Assembly (NCBI GenBank): GCA_964247055.1
Contig: OZ176054.1
Location: 12,462,001 to 12,526,000 of the forward strand
Direction of reading: 5' to 3'
Length of the DNA stretch: 64,000 nucleotides
From: Paragordius varius
Taxonomy: Eukaryota > Animalia > Nematomorpha
Below, piece after piece: positions 36,763-50,100 of the stretch. The translations under genes and the position numbers were made by a program. The notes beneath the pieces were generated by a model that was given only the letters and a program-made list of their open reading frames with translations, did no database searches and was not told the origin of the DNA. How positions within the stretch are numbered: the first letter of the stretch is position 1; every line of letters starts with the position of its first letter.

Positions 36763-37125
36763 TTATAATAATTGGGATGGTGTTGATGAGCCCATGTAAA
36801 AACGTAAATCATCCAGCGTACTTTCAATCAATTTACAGGGTATGGTTTTCCTTTGTGAGCGTTTATAAGCTTCAAATCGATGACAACCCCCAAAAGAAAA
36901 ATAATAATTTCCGCCTTTATCGCCTTTTACCCAAAGAATATCGATGGGTGGAACATCTTGATTTAGCTAAAGGTTTAATAATTGGCTATTAAAGCGTAAA
37001 ATAAAACTTTTATTGAGTTTTGTAATGAACAAACTTTGTCTTCATGATGGGATTGGTCTTATGATATCTGATATTGGTATCTCATATATTTTATTAATGT
37101 GGGCAGTGTGAACTGTTTTTTCCAT
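36763..37125 (-). pseudogene. SRXN1: Sulfiredoxin-1 with a +1 frameshift in exon 1 (pseudogene, consensus error or recoding)
   Basis: Exon 1 37125-37008: VHTAHI..IYEIPISDIIRPIPS, then TGA 37044-37042, then EDKVCSLQNSIK in the +1 frame. A 41-nt intron follows. Exon 2 36966-36763: [45 protein letters not shown], with the catalytic FGGCHR intact. An in-frame upstream ATG lies at 37149. Confidence 0.9.
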
Positions 37126-37169
37126 AATATTTTTAATTAATTTCAACATATGATGCTACAATATTCGGT

Positions 37170-39594
37170 ATGCGTGGGTTATTTAAACATGAGCTAAGGT
37201 AAAATTTTTATCATTATGTAAAGGGCTCTAATTTCGGACACATTCCAAAAAAATCAGTCGAAAAATGATAAGATAAAAAGTATTTTCAATAAACCAACTT
37301 TATATCAGGCAAATGATTTGGATGTTCACAAAAAAGAATGTTTTGATACTGTCAACAAATTGATAGCTAGAATCGATGGAAAATCTCCCAACACCTTAAA
37401 ATACTTTGATGAACTTTCCAACACTATATGTAAAGTGGCTGATCTATGCGAATTTTTGCGCAATAATCATTTTAATCCAGATTGGGTGGGCAAAGCCAAT
37501 GAAGTTTTTATCGAATTAAATGAACATGTCGAAAAACTAAATACCAATTCCGATTTATATCGTGCGCTTACGGACTTTTTTGCTAATTACGGTACATCTT
37601 TGGACAAGATCGATAGTTACACAGCAAAAGCCTTTTTATTCGATTTTGAACAATCATGTATAAATTTGGATTTGGTCAACCGTAATAAATTCGTCAGTCT
37701 GCAAAATCAACAGCTAGATATTGCAAATAAATTGACAAATTTATTTAGTGCAACACATATTCTATCAAACGACAAGTTTGATCCAGAAATAAAATCTTAC
37801 TTTGACTTTTCAACTGACACTAATTTACAATATTTAAATACCAGTATGAATGACATTGATACTAGAACCGTTAGAAAAAAATTGTATAAAACTCTTTCTA
37901 ATTCCACATCTTTAACGGATATCTCACTACTGGATTTATTGAATACTCGCTATAAAATGGCGGATTGTGCTGGTTTTTCATCTTTTGCCAACAGGGCTCT
38001 GCAAGGCACATTAGCTAAAACGCCTCAAAATATAACCAAATATTTGGAAAAAATAACTTGTGATATCCAACCCTATCTTAATGAAGATATCAAAAAACTT
38101 AAATTTAACGCTAATATACCTCAAAACATAGCTTTAACTCCGTGGGATTTGACTTATTATACCGCTAAAAAAGCTGAAGACTCGAATCAGATTAAAGCAT
38201 TCAAAAAACTCTCCAATTATTTTTCACTTCCAATAGTTTTAAATGCTCTCTCTGATATAACTTATCGACTGCTAGGATTAATCTTAAAAGTTGAATCAGT
38301 TAAAGATGAACAACTTTGGGCCGCGGATGGTATATTGAAATTAGGATTTTACAAACCCGCAAACGGTTTTGAAAATTCAAATTTCAATGAATCGTCCCTT
38401 CAGGGTCACGTTTATTTAGATTTGTTTTACAGACCTGACAAATGCCCACTAGATTGCCATTTCACCATACAAGGAGGATGTGAACTTTTCCAAGAAGATA
38501 TAGAATCGTCTCTTATAAAAGACCGTCCATATCAAAATCCAATCATAGTCATTAGCATGAATATTATTCCACCATCTCATGCTAAGTCTAATCTTTTCTC
38601 TGATCAACCCATTTGTTTTTCTTTAGTAGAATTAGAGGCATTATTTCATGAATTTGGACACGCTCTACATTCGATAGTGGGAAGGACTAGGTGAGATATA
38701 ATTTTAACTTTAGGGATCTTAACAAATAAATGATAGTTTTTGATTTTATATGAAAATGTTAAACATGATAATTTTTTCTCTCTTAAGTTTTTCTACTCTG
38801 TTTGGGTTGGCTTTAAATTTTATAAGTAATTTATTTTTAGGTATCAACATGTTACGGGCACAAGATGTTCCACGGATTTTGCTGAAATCCCATCCAACAT
38901 TTTTGAGCTATATGCTTCCGATCCAACCATGCTAAAATTGTATGGGAAACATTTTAAGACTCAAGAATCGATTCCAGACGAATTGCTAGATAGTTTAAAA
39001 ATAACCACAAAAGTAAATAATTTTATCCAAAAACGACGTATAATAGCCACCAAACCTGTAACTTACCCTGCATTAGAGTTGAGACATCAAATATTGTTAG
39101 CTGATCTTGATCTCTCATTGCATAGTATAGAATCCGAGCTTAGTATGAATATGTTTAAGGGCTTAGTACAACAAATTGTTGATAGACACTCGTATGAAAC
39201 TAATACCTTATCTAACATAAAAGACACCGATAAAGAAAATGGTTTCATGTACCTACGGAGATTTCATCATTTACTTGGTTATGGCTCAAAATATTACTCC
39301 TACCTTCTGGCTCAAAGTATAGCCCTTGAATTTTGGAATAAATTTTCTGAGGGGTCGTCCTCAGAAAATTTGGGTGTGAAAAATTCTGAAATAGGGCCAT
39401 TAGGCCTACTTATGGGTACTAAATTTTATGAGCTACTAAAACACGGTGGTCAGCAATCACCTCAAGATATTTTGTCCGGAATCGGATTACTTAATATAGA
39501 AAATGGAAAAAAGTCGAGTGGCAGTAATGATAAGTCATCAAACATATCACAATTTGGTTCAGCATTGATACAAAATTTATCGCTACAATACTGA
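37170..39594 (+). CDS. MIPEP: Mitochondrial intermediate peptidase (M3 metallopeptidase), ~749 aa
   Basis: Exons 37170-37198, 37224-38690, 38841-39594 (introns 25 and 150 nt). Motifs FDELSNTICKVADLCEF, LNTNSDLY, LFHEFGHALHS (HExxH), RYQHVTGTRCSTDFAEIPS, RFHHLLGYGSKYYSY. The first exon is less certain. Confidence 0.93.
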
Positions 39595-39890
39595 TTTACG
39601 ACGGGTATAGAGTTCCGTGAATCGCCATTTTGGTTATGGGTCTTTTAACTTGTAAAAAGATAAAAATAAAATGTAAAAAGTTTATATTTGTATATTTACT
39701 TAAATTTATTATGTTTAAGCAAGAAAAATCATAATTTCCATACTTTCTCACATAAATTTATTTACCTGTTAACAATTATAAAGACCCCCTAAATCTGATA
39801 GTATGTCTGCTTACTATATTGCGTTTGTTTTTTATATATCACAAGTGTAAACTAATAAATGAACATAATGTGGAAATAAAAATACAAATT

Positions 39891-41193
39891 TTATTTTTGA
39901 ATAATTTGTATTTCAATAGATTTTTGTGGTGGAAATTGGAAATCATCTTTATACGGATTTTTGGGTTGCGTAATAAGCTGCATAATATTTTCATCAATGG
40001 GAGTTCCTGTCTTGAGTATATCTTCTTTAATGTGTTCAGGGAAGGGCATGAGTTGCGTCTAAAAACAATGGACAAAATATATATATATATATATATATAT
40101 TAAAAATTGAAATTAAAACGCAGAATTCAAAAAAAACCAAACCATGATTTTTCCAATATAAATTATTTAATTACAATTGTAAAATATATAATTGTTTGTA
40201 TTTCCAATTTACACTCTATATATTTTGCAAATAGGTTAAATTTAAAATTTTTAGTATAGCGGTGTGTTCTAAAAAATTGTCTTGTCTGGCATAAATAAAA
40301 TCGTTTTATGGATCAATTATATTATTACTTATTCTATGATATTTAAAAAATCAAAAAAGTTAGTTTTCAGTGAAAAAAACACACATTATCATACTTTAAA
40401 AATCAATGTCGCACATTCGTTTACATTTTGAATTTAAAAAAATTTCCATTAAATTGCATTTTTTTATAGCTTAACACCCCTAAAATACTTTTTATAATTT
40501 TTTTTATGCTGGACCTAAAAGGTATAATTAGGCGAATGAGGAAATTTATATTTAATTATCATCATTGCATATAATATCTTATAATATAATCCCAAAATTT
40601 TATAATAATCTCTTATTTTGCCAAAAAGTTAAAATTTAAATAACAAATTATGAGCGAGCCAAATTCACCGCTTACAAATTACTTAAAATAAAACTAGTTT
40701 GGATTAGTAAATGAAATTTTTTTAATTACCAACCTTTGATACCTGCATAGCTACTCCTTCTGGTAGGTTGCGTTCAATATATTCCAGAAAAGTACTTAAT
40801 GTAGAACCTGTTAGATGTCTAAGCTAAAAGATAAACAAAATAAAACTACTGTAATGTTATTGGTATGTTGACGGTATTCGTATTGAACACGATGTTTTTT
40901 ATGAACAAAGGCTGATTTTAGCAAAGTACGTCGATATATTTCTTTAGGAAAATTTTTACTATAAATATTGATTTAAATCATACACAGAGGTAACATCGAT
41001 TTCCAATTCTTTGCACGATAATAGGACAAATTGCGTATAACTTTTGATAACTTCCGGATCATGGCCATGTATAACTAGAAGAACCCTTTTAAATAAATCA
41101 TCTAATTTTGAAGTTACATTTGATAAATGTCCCTAAAAATAGAAATATTTTAACTTTTTGATTGATGGATGAAAATCGAAATAAATTTAGCAT
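39891..41193 (-). CDS. MRPS10: Mitochondrial ribosomal protein S10 (uS10m), ~184 aa
   Basis: Exons 41193-41155, 41132-40984, 40958-40850, 40823-40734, 40058-39891 (introns 22, 25, 26, 675 nt). Motifs [68 protein letters not shown]|[12 protein letters not shown]. The first exon and the 22-nt intron are less certain. Confidence 0.9.
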
Positions 41194-41452
41194 GGGTTTA
41201 ACATGAAAATATTTACTCACTGTTAATTTATGTCGGGACTCATAAAAGATTAGAAATTAACACTTGGATACAACATAATCATTTTAGTCCTTCGATTCAA
41301 ATTGGGGTAGTTAAATACCCCAGGCCTGTTTAAAATTAAATTCTTTTAAAAATATGGAAGGAATCAAAACCATCGCAAAGTTTTGCACTTATATAAATAA
41401 ACCGAAATATATAAAAAATTTTATTCAAAAATATTGATAATACATATTTTAA

Positions 41453-42033
41453 CACTTGGATACAACACATTCATTTTAGTCCTTCGATTCAAATTGGTGT
41501 AGTTAAATACCCCAGGCCTATTTATAATTGACTTTTTTAAAAATATGGAATGAATCGAAACCATGGCAAAATATTGCACTTATATAGCATTAATAAACAC
41601 AAATATATAAAAAAAATTTATTCAAAAATACTTGATATTATTTATTTTAAGCCAAAACTGAAAGGTAAAAATTTAGTCAACGTGACATGCGTGCAATGGT
41701 AAAATTGAAAAATAATTTAAAATAAATAGCTTTTTCTATATCTATCAATGTTAGATGTAATTAAAATAAAAAATTAGTTTTAATTTTAACGTTAGAATTA
41801 AATAAACACGATATTTTGCATAATTTTAGTAAAATAAAAATGGTGGCCAAGTAGTTTGACATGGAACTTTTTTTCAAAACAAAATATTATTTAGGTATTT
41901 TGGCCTTTTTATAAAAATTTTATTAGGATAGAAGTATAAATTGAAATTGGGACTGTCTCTTTCATTAGTTTTTTGGAAATTTTAATTTTAATTTAGTCTG
42001 GGGTATTTAGATGCCCCAATTTGAATCGAAGTG
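41453..42033. mobile_element. MITE family C (~580 bp, TTAA-flanked, ends CACT...AGTG; piggyBac-like)
   Basis: TTAA|CACTTGGATACAACAC..TTCGATTCAAATTGG ... CCCCAATTTGAATCGAAGTG|TTAA. A 5' fragment lies in tandem at 41261-41448. Other copies: ~31975-32458, 35252-35793, ~57950-58188, 60011-~60575 and ~60590-61060. Confidence 0.8.
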
Positions 42034-42777
42034 TTAAATTTGATAAGGAAAATATACTTCTCGTTTTGTATTAAACGATTCATTAATGATAAATATTTCG
42101 ACCAAATGGTAAGGCCTCATAATTAAAATTGCATAATCGACAATTATTATATTACATAAAGTTATTTTAGTGGAGGCAAAACTATTCTAAAAATCTAGTT
42201 TTATAATATATTTCCATGCAATATAATTTATTATTTACATTACACCGACGCTGCGGGTTTTTAAATTTCGATGCTAATATTCTTAAATAAACATAATTAA
42301 AATTGCCGGATAGATTTTAATGCCTATAATGCGAGCACAAAATACTGGTCGTCATTTTGTGAAATTAGCAATTGCACCCATATCAGTTAAATTTGATAGT
42401 TTTGCTTTTGAATTATAGTACATGATATATTTTAAAAAATTATTGTAGAGCAATTAACCTTTTTCAAATATTTTATTCATTTTTCGAGTTTTCGAGATGA
42501 AACATAAGTGGTAATAACCTACTAAAATCTATCTTAGGCTTAAAACCAAAAAAGTGGCCATAGCTACGTTCGATCCCATCCATACTTAAAAATTTCACTT
42601 ATTATTTACAATTTAGCCCTTAATCAATAACAATAAAGTTAAGGCTTATATAAAAATTTGTAATATAATTCAATTTATTTAAAGCTACTTTTTGCATCGT
42701 TTTGGTAAATTACATGTACTTATTCTTGCACATTATTGTGTTTCAAGGTGGTCATCTCATAATTTTTATTTTAAAAA

Positions 42778-44376
42778 TTAAAATGTATATTTTTCCAAAT
42801 CGATCCCCATAACTGACGGATTTAACCATTGCTGGAATGGGTTCACCCCAGTCTGAACACGATTAAAAATATTTATGATAAGAACCCCAGGAACCTGAGA
42901 CAAAATACCGGTTATAAGAACATCTTCCAAGTACATATCTGGACGAATAAGAAATGCATGATACAATTTGAAGACAAGCGGAGTCGGAATGGCATAAAAC
43001 CACCCCAAACAAAATGGTGGGAAAAGGGGGCTAGCAAACTCCTTTTCACTAATATAGTATTTCATGTGTGGATCCCGCACAGGTTTATCATTAATTTTGA
43101 CGGGACAAAATATGAGATCACCTATATAATTTTTGTGGTATTGATTAATTCTTTTCAGATATGTTTTGTGAAGATCTTCATCAATGTTAAACATGTTAAA
43201 GTTTTTCATATTACACGTATCCTTTAGCCGTGCTGTAACGTTGATTCTATTATTGTAACGTTGCAAAAGTTCGGTGGTTATTTTAGAATCTTCCAGAACA
43301 TAATCAAATGATTCTCTTGGTTCGGCATTTGCTTGATAATAACTGGAATCTGAAAAAAGTTGAGAGTCTGGTTTCAGTATGTCCCAGTTTTCACGTATAA
43401 AATTGCCGTTCTCATGCTCAAATTTTCGAAAATATAAAATAACTTGAACTATATCTACGTACTGATCATCATCCATTTTTATCACATATTTAGCTTGGGG
43501 ACAATAATCAAAAACCCATTTAAACCCTGTGATAACGAGTTCTGTGAGATTAAAGTAGGAGTCAGAGACAGTAGATTGTAAAATATCATTGTATCTTTGA
43601 CTTTCGACCAGAAGCATTTGTTGCATTTTGCTATCCGTCACATTGCCCACAAGAAAAATATGTCGAACATGTGAGTTTCCGTGGACAAGATTTGCCCCAA
43701 AACTATTTCTAAACTTTTGCCTTAGTGCAAAATGAATCGGATTCGTTAACATTAGCAACAGAATAAAGATGGGACCAGAACCACATACGGTGGATGCAGG
43801 ATTGATCATTAGATCGTAAATTGGTTGCTTGAATGTGCTTTGTTTTGGCACAAAACTCCCAAACTCTATATTATAGTTTTCTTTGTACGGAGCTAAGCAT
43901 TCCTCATTAATCGATAGTTTTTTATCAGCATAAGAGTGAGAAGAATGATTAGACCACTTATGCTGTTGATGATTCATGAAATAAAGCTTGTCGTATTTGA
44001 TGTAATATATTATTGATATTGATATCAATATGCATAGCCATACTTTCTAGCATACGTATAAAAATTTAACGAAATTAATATAAAAACTTAATTTTACGGG
44101 ACGTCGGACTAACTTATCACATTTCACTCTAAGTAAATTTTATCTTGAAATAAAGGCTTAAATTAACATTATACCTAAAAGTATAATTAAAATAAAAATC
44201 CAAAAAAAATTTTGTTAAATAGGAGGGAATAATAGGATAAAAAAGTTTTTCTTGTGAAAATTTAATTTTTTTCAGTTCTATCCTTATATGTATATGAAAA
44301 GGATCCTAAGTATCAATAATAAAAATAATAAAAAACTTACATAAGATTTGAAATAAACAGGGATATTAATAGGCAT
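42778..44376 (-). CDS. GT31 beta-1,3-galactosyl/GlcNAc-transferase family type II membrane protein, ~434 aa
   Basis: Exon 44046-42778 has a signal anchor KVWLCILISISIIYY, then ALRQKFRNSFG, DILQ..DSYFNLT, CPQAKYVIKMDDD, KPVRDPHMKYYIS, FPPFCLGWFY and EDVLITG. The putative first exon 44376-44341 ends in a GTAAGT donor. The 3' end may have an unresolved extra exon. Confidence 0.85.
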
Positions 44377-46212
44377 ATTATATTAGTTTATTTCAGGCAA
44401 AAAGATTGGATTCACACCATATTAGATAGAATTAATATAATTATACCAAAATATTAACACGTTTATATTTTAACATTATATACTATCATAATCAACTGCG
44501 GATGAAATTTTTGAATATATTTAGTTTTAATTGGCAATATAGTTGACCATCACTGGCTTATTCTTAAACATTGCTACCACACTTATATCTATATATTATT
44601 TTCATTATGTTTGAAAGATGAATTACTTTTACCGTTAAACATTCGATACATTGTATTTCACCTTCATTTGGTTGGACGGACATTATTATTCTTTATTATA
44701 CAATAGATAATAATAATTAATATTATATTTTGGCAAACAATATTTTTTAAATCTACAAACTTTTTGATCATAAAAATTTTAATGTTTCTTAGAGTTTAAA
44801 ATTATTTTGTCTCATATACAAACATGTGATAAGCGATAAATTTTGTCTGACCTACCTTATGGCATATTAAAATTTTTGATATTTTGATATTTATTATATA
44901 TTAGGTGGTCATATAAATCCACAATTTGAGTTTAAAGTTTAAGGTGTAGCTTAAAAAAATGGGTTAATATTAAAATAACCGGAGATCCTCTCTGGATCTC
45001 AAGTTCTGTTTTACCCTTTCATTAACTCTATAATAATTGTGAGAAATTGTCTTGTATGCATTATATATACCATTATAACATAACATTTTCTCCTGTTTTT
45101 AATGTGTATATAATATATTTGAGAAGGTAAAACGCATGGTTAATGTTTTAGGCGGCGTAAATTCTTAATAGTTTATACAGTAAACTGGTTATATTTATAT
45201 TTACCAATTACAAATTATCACCCTTAAACAATTTAAATTTACCCTTTAACAATTTGAAATCACCCTTGAACAACGTAAATTCACCCTTGAGCCGAATTCA
45301 ACGCACTTAAACAATTCAAATTCACCCTTGAGCCGAATTCATATTCAGCATAAAAATAAATTGTGTGTTTTCGGGTTAATATAACTTATCATTAATATGA
45401 AATATATATATTTGCATACTTTCTTATTTTTTAAATATTTATTTTAAAACAAAATTTCATTTTTTTAGTTAGATAAAAGATATAGGTATATTTTAATCTT
45501 GAAAAACACATAATTTATTTCAGGGTAAAGTTCAATCTTGGGTGTATTTGAAGTTTTAATTATTATAATTTTTTAATTGAAAATGCTAGGCTTACGGGTT
45601 CTTATTACAAAAATGTCGTTTTTTGGATCTACATATATGATGAATGTTAGAGCTAAGACAATATATTAAAAGGGCATGAATTCAAATATAATATAGCAAT
45701 TTAACTTTTAATATGACTCAAAACTCTTTATATATTTTTAGAATGCTACCCTATATAAATAAAATTTTTAAAGATATATCCAATATACACAATATAATGT
45801 AATCATATCATTCCATCACAAGAACACATTAAAATTTTAGTTGATTTAGATTAAAAATTGTACGAAATTGAAAAAGGATCATCGTGATACGAAATATATT
45901 TTTATCAATCAATAAATTTATTTAAAACTGTGATTTAAATTTAATCAAAATTATAATTTAAAAATGTGAATAATATTTTCTTAATTACAGACACTGAAAA
46001 TATGTAGTTTCAGATGCAAATATATTTTCAATCATTTTTTTGAATAGATTTGATATAGAACAACGCATTTAAATAAAGTATCCTAGATGTTTAATTGATT
46101 CGTGGATCAGACTTAACTTGTGGCAAAGATAATCTTTAAGGTTAATTATTTTATTTATTTCATAATAACCATTTTATAAATATTAATTATAAGAAAAATT
46201 TATCGCATATTA

Positions 46213-47090
46213 CTATAATTTATTATCTAAGTCTAAGCAATTAAAATTTTCCAATTCCTCCAACATAAGGGTTGGAAAATGGCCCACAATTTTTTCAATC
46301 ACATGAGCTACAAACAGTAATAAGGGTTCATTAAAATGGTTGGACATTAATTGTATTGCTATCGGGAGACCAGAAGCTGAATCTATTTTAATGGGTATTG
46401 AAATGGCAGGAATTCCTATGGATAAAAAAATATATATATTTACAATTCAATTTCAATTTTACCCTTGTACAATTCCAATTTCACCCTGAAAATAAATTAT
46501 GTGTTTTCGGGTGGCTAATATAACTCCTTATTAATATAAAATATATCTTCATGGCATAGTTTAATTTTTAATTATTATTTAATTTTCAACAAAATTAATT
46601 TTTTAAAATTATAAAAAAATATGGGTATTTTTTACTTTTTTCATTTAAAAACACATAATTTATTTAAGGGGTTAATTTAAATTGTTCGAGGGTAAATTTT
46701 GAATTTGAAGTGTAAATGGTATAAATGCAATTAAAAAAGTTGTATATACCATTTACATTTCAAATTTACCTTCAAACAATTCAAATTCACAGATTTAATA
46801 ATACCTATAATTTTTTCATATTTCTAAAAAATAAAATTTTGTTTGTAATTAAAATAATACTGAAAAAAATATACTAAACCATAAAGATATATTTCATAAT
46901 GAGTTATATTAGCAGTCCGAAATACACATAATTTATTTTTAGGGTGAATTTGAATTGTTTGAGGGTGAATTTGAATTGTAAATGATATATATAAGATATT
47001 TTTCATAATGAGATATATTAGCAGTCCGAAAACACATGATTTATTTTGAGGGTGAATTTGAATTGTTTGAGGGTGAATTTAAATTGTAAA

Positions 47091-47130
<40 letters not shown>

Positions 47131-50100
47131 TATTTGTAATAAAGTAAGAATTTACTCAAAAGTATCAAAAAAGATAAAATTAAATTTAACCAGCCAGATT
47201 TGCAGGTATGGTAAATGCATCCATTTGCAACAATGTTTCATCCGTGAAAGCTTTGTATTCACTGTATAGCGGGGCAGTCGAAAGTGTAACAGGCGTTAAT
47301 AATATATCGACCTTATTTGCACATTCTTCCTGTTCACATATCAAGTACAAATGTTGAAATCATACAGTGAAAACGTAAAAAAATATTTTGTAAAACAATC
47401 ATATACTTTTTATAACTTGATAATTTTCTTAAATAAATCAACGAATTGAACTAAAAATTGAAATTATACGGACAAAACGTAAAAGTAAAAAGAAAATTAT
47501 TTTTTTCTTAAAGACAACCCCATACTTTTTTAAACCTTGATTTATCTTATAAAAATCATTTAATTTCAATTGTAAGAAAGATAATTGATTTTTTTACCAA
47601 TACATCTCTATTTAATACTTTACAGTTCAAAAAAAATTTATATTTAAAATAAATAAGGTTTTAAAACTGTCTTTTAAAATATTTGTCTTTATATTTTTAC
47701 ATTATGTACGTAAATTTCAATTTTTACTGTATAAATCAACGAATTAATGTTAAAAAATAAATGTACGTCGATAAATTAGTTGATATAAAAATTGTAATTA
47801 TCATACGTAATGATTCTCCAACAAAATTATGTTTTAATTTTTATTATTTAAATAATTTATTATAGCCCTATATAATTCCACAACAAAAAGAATGTATTTT
47901 TAAAAATAATTTAATATAAAACAATTTTAAAGAAAAAAATTTGTACATTATCAGGAGGCATATTAGGAAATGGGCTAAGCCGATGTTGATTAGGATATAG
48001 TATTGTTTGATATTCATCATAAATCAATCGCCGTACCCTACAAGCTTGGGTGTAATAATCAAAATCTTCGCTAAATGTAGTTAAAAAATGTGCATATTTT
48101 AAAGCGATAGTTACTTATAACAAGTAAAGATAATAAGAACTATAGGAAAAACATATTTATAAACCGCGCATTATCTAAATAAAATTTCCATTTTAATTCG
48201 TGAAAAAATGGAATTAAAATGTGAAGTGTTAAAAATGAATTGGTAAAAATGTTTTCTATAGAAAAATCAAGGCGTTTTTAATATTCCTGTCTTTTAACTG
48301 TTTGTATGAAAATTTTAGAAAATAAATAATATAAATCAATCAGGGTTATAAATATTTAATTAGTAGTTTATTACCCACTATCAGAAAAATAATTTCCAGC
48401 CATGATTCGTCCTTTAACTTCGTCACCAAAACCGTGAAATCGAGTTTCCTGTAGGGTTTCTTTTCTTATACCTTTAAAACAAGTATTTAATAATCAATCT
48501 AAAGAATTTTTTTAAAAAATTCATAATATAGAAAATAAAACTATAGTTAAATCAATTTATAGAAACAAAAATTATTTATAACCTTTAATATCAACATTGA
48601 TGTACAAAAATAATAGGCCATAACAATAAATTAATTATAAACACCCCACAAACTACAGTAAAATTGAAATTATAAGGACAAAATGTAAAAATATAAAGAC
48701 AGTAAAAATTGAAATTATACTACGGACAAAATGTAAAAATATAAATACAAATATTATTTTCATAACAACCATGCAATTTAATCTTATTTATTTTAATCAT
48801 AACTCATTGTTTTGAACTGTAAAATATAAAATAGAGACATATATTAGTAACTTAATCAATAACATATTTTACGATTGTTATAAAATGGTTTTAAAAAGAT
48901 AAATTATAAAGTTTAAAAAATTATGTTTTTCTTTTGAAAAGAAATTTTGCCTTTATATTTTTACATTTTGTCCGTAGTATAATTTCAATTTTAACTGTCT
49001 TAATATATTACCTTTTTATGACTCTACCCATTTTTATATTTAGTGTGAAAAAGTTATTTGTAAGCATAAATTTTTGTGTTAATTTTTAACCCAAGTATAC
49101 CATACCATATCTTATGCCATCGTAACGAGCCATATTACTAGCAATATCGGTTGCCGTCAAAACTGAATAACATGGAAGGCCAAGTTCAAAGTTAGGTAGA
49201 GCTTGAGAACAAGCCAATTCTTTAACATTAAATTTAACGCATTTAGGACGCTCAGCACCAGGAAAACTAAAGTTATCAAGAAAAAAGTTTAAAAATTCTA
49301 AAAAGTAAAAGGCTAAATCTTTTTCTCAAACACTTTAATCAGATTTTTAGCATAACGGTTATATAAGAGGTTAAACACTAAATATGTCAAAAACTTTTTC
49401 TTTGATTTAATTGCAATAAAAAATTTAGTTTTAAATACATGCCAATTATTATTTCCCTCTACAGTAAAAATTGCAAAAACATTAAAATGATTAATATTTT
49501 TAGGCATATGCAGATCCACAATTTTATTCATTCATGTTTTCCACACCTTTATGAATGCAATCCTAAAATGTGGAATTAAGCCGACGCAAATCTCCTACTT
49601 TGAAAGCCAAAACTTATTATTTAGGAATCAAAAAAATCAAGGTTCAAAAATATGGTGAACTAGTCTTTATGAAAAAAGTTTGTAAAAAAATTACTTTTTT
49701 TCCTGACTTTTAGGGTAAATGTGTTTAAGGTAAACACAAAGTTCCGTATTCAAATATTGCGAATAATTTTGTAATTGTTGGGCAATTTGTATACAGGCAC
49801 CTCTAATTTTACCATTTAACATGGGATGGTTAAGGTAGGACTATGTAACGACGAAACACAAAATAATTTTGCTTAATTTTAGCTTAAATAAAAATTTTTT
49901 TGCCTTTAAAAAAAAGCAAAACAGAATAAATAACCTCAAGCAAGCCCACATTAATAACTAAATCATTTTTTGTGCGCAAATATTTGCGTTCAGCATCCAA
50001 GTTTGATTGAAGCGTTGAAAAAGATTCTACGGACGGTAAGGGTAAAGGCTTTAAAATATCCGGTGAAATGTAATCAATACAATTTGGATTTGTAGTGAGA

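Noticed and set aside
45230-45345. Short direct repeats resembling a CRISPR array or satellite
   Set aside because: They are the internal ~21-bp subrepeats of MITE family B, with no unique spacers, in a eukaryotic context.
44500-46150. Scattered exon-like stretches between the GT31 gene and QRSL1
   Set aside because: They cannot be joined in frame or assigned to a family from the sequence alone.
49500-49565. Apparent QRSL1 exon with in-frame TGA (KVWKT*MNKIVDL), suggesting UGA read-through or a variant code
   Set aside because: A different exon (49840-49695) joins both neighbours in the correct phases without a stop, and TGA is used as a normal stop in TIPRL and MIPEP.
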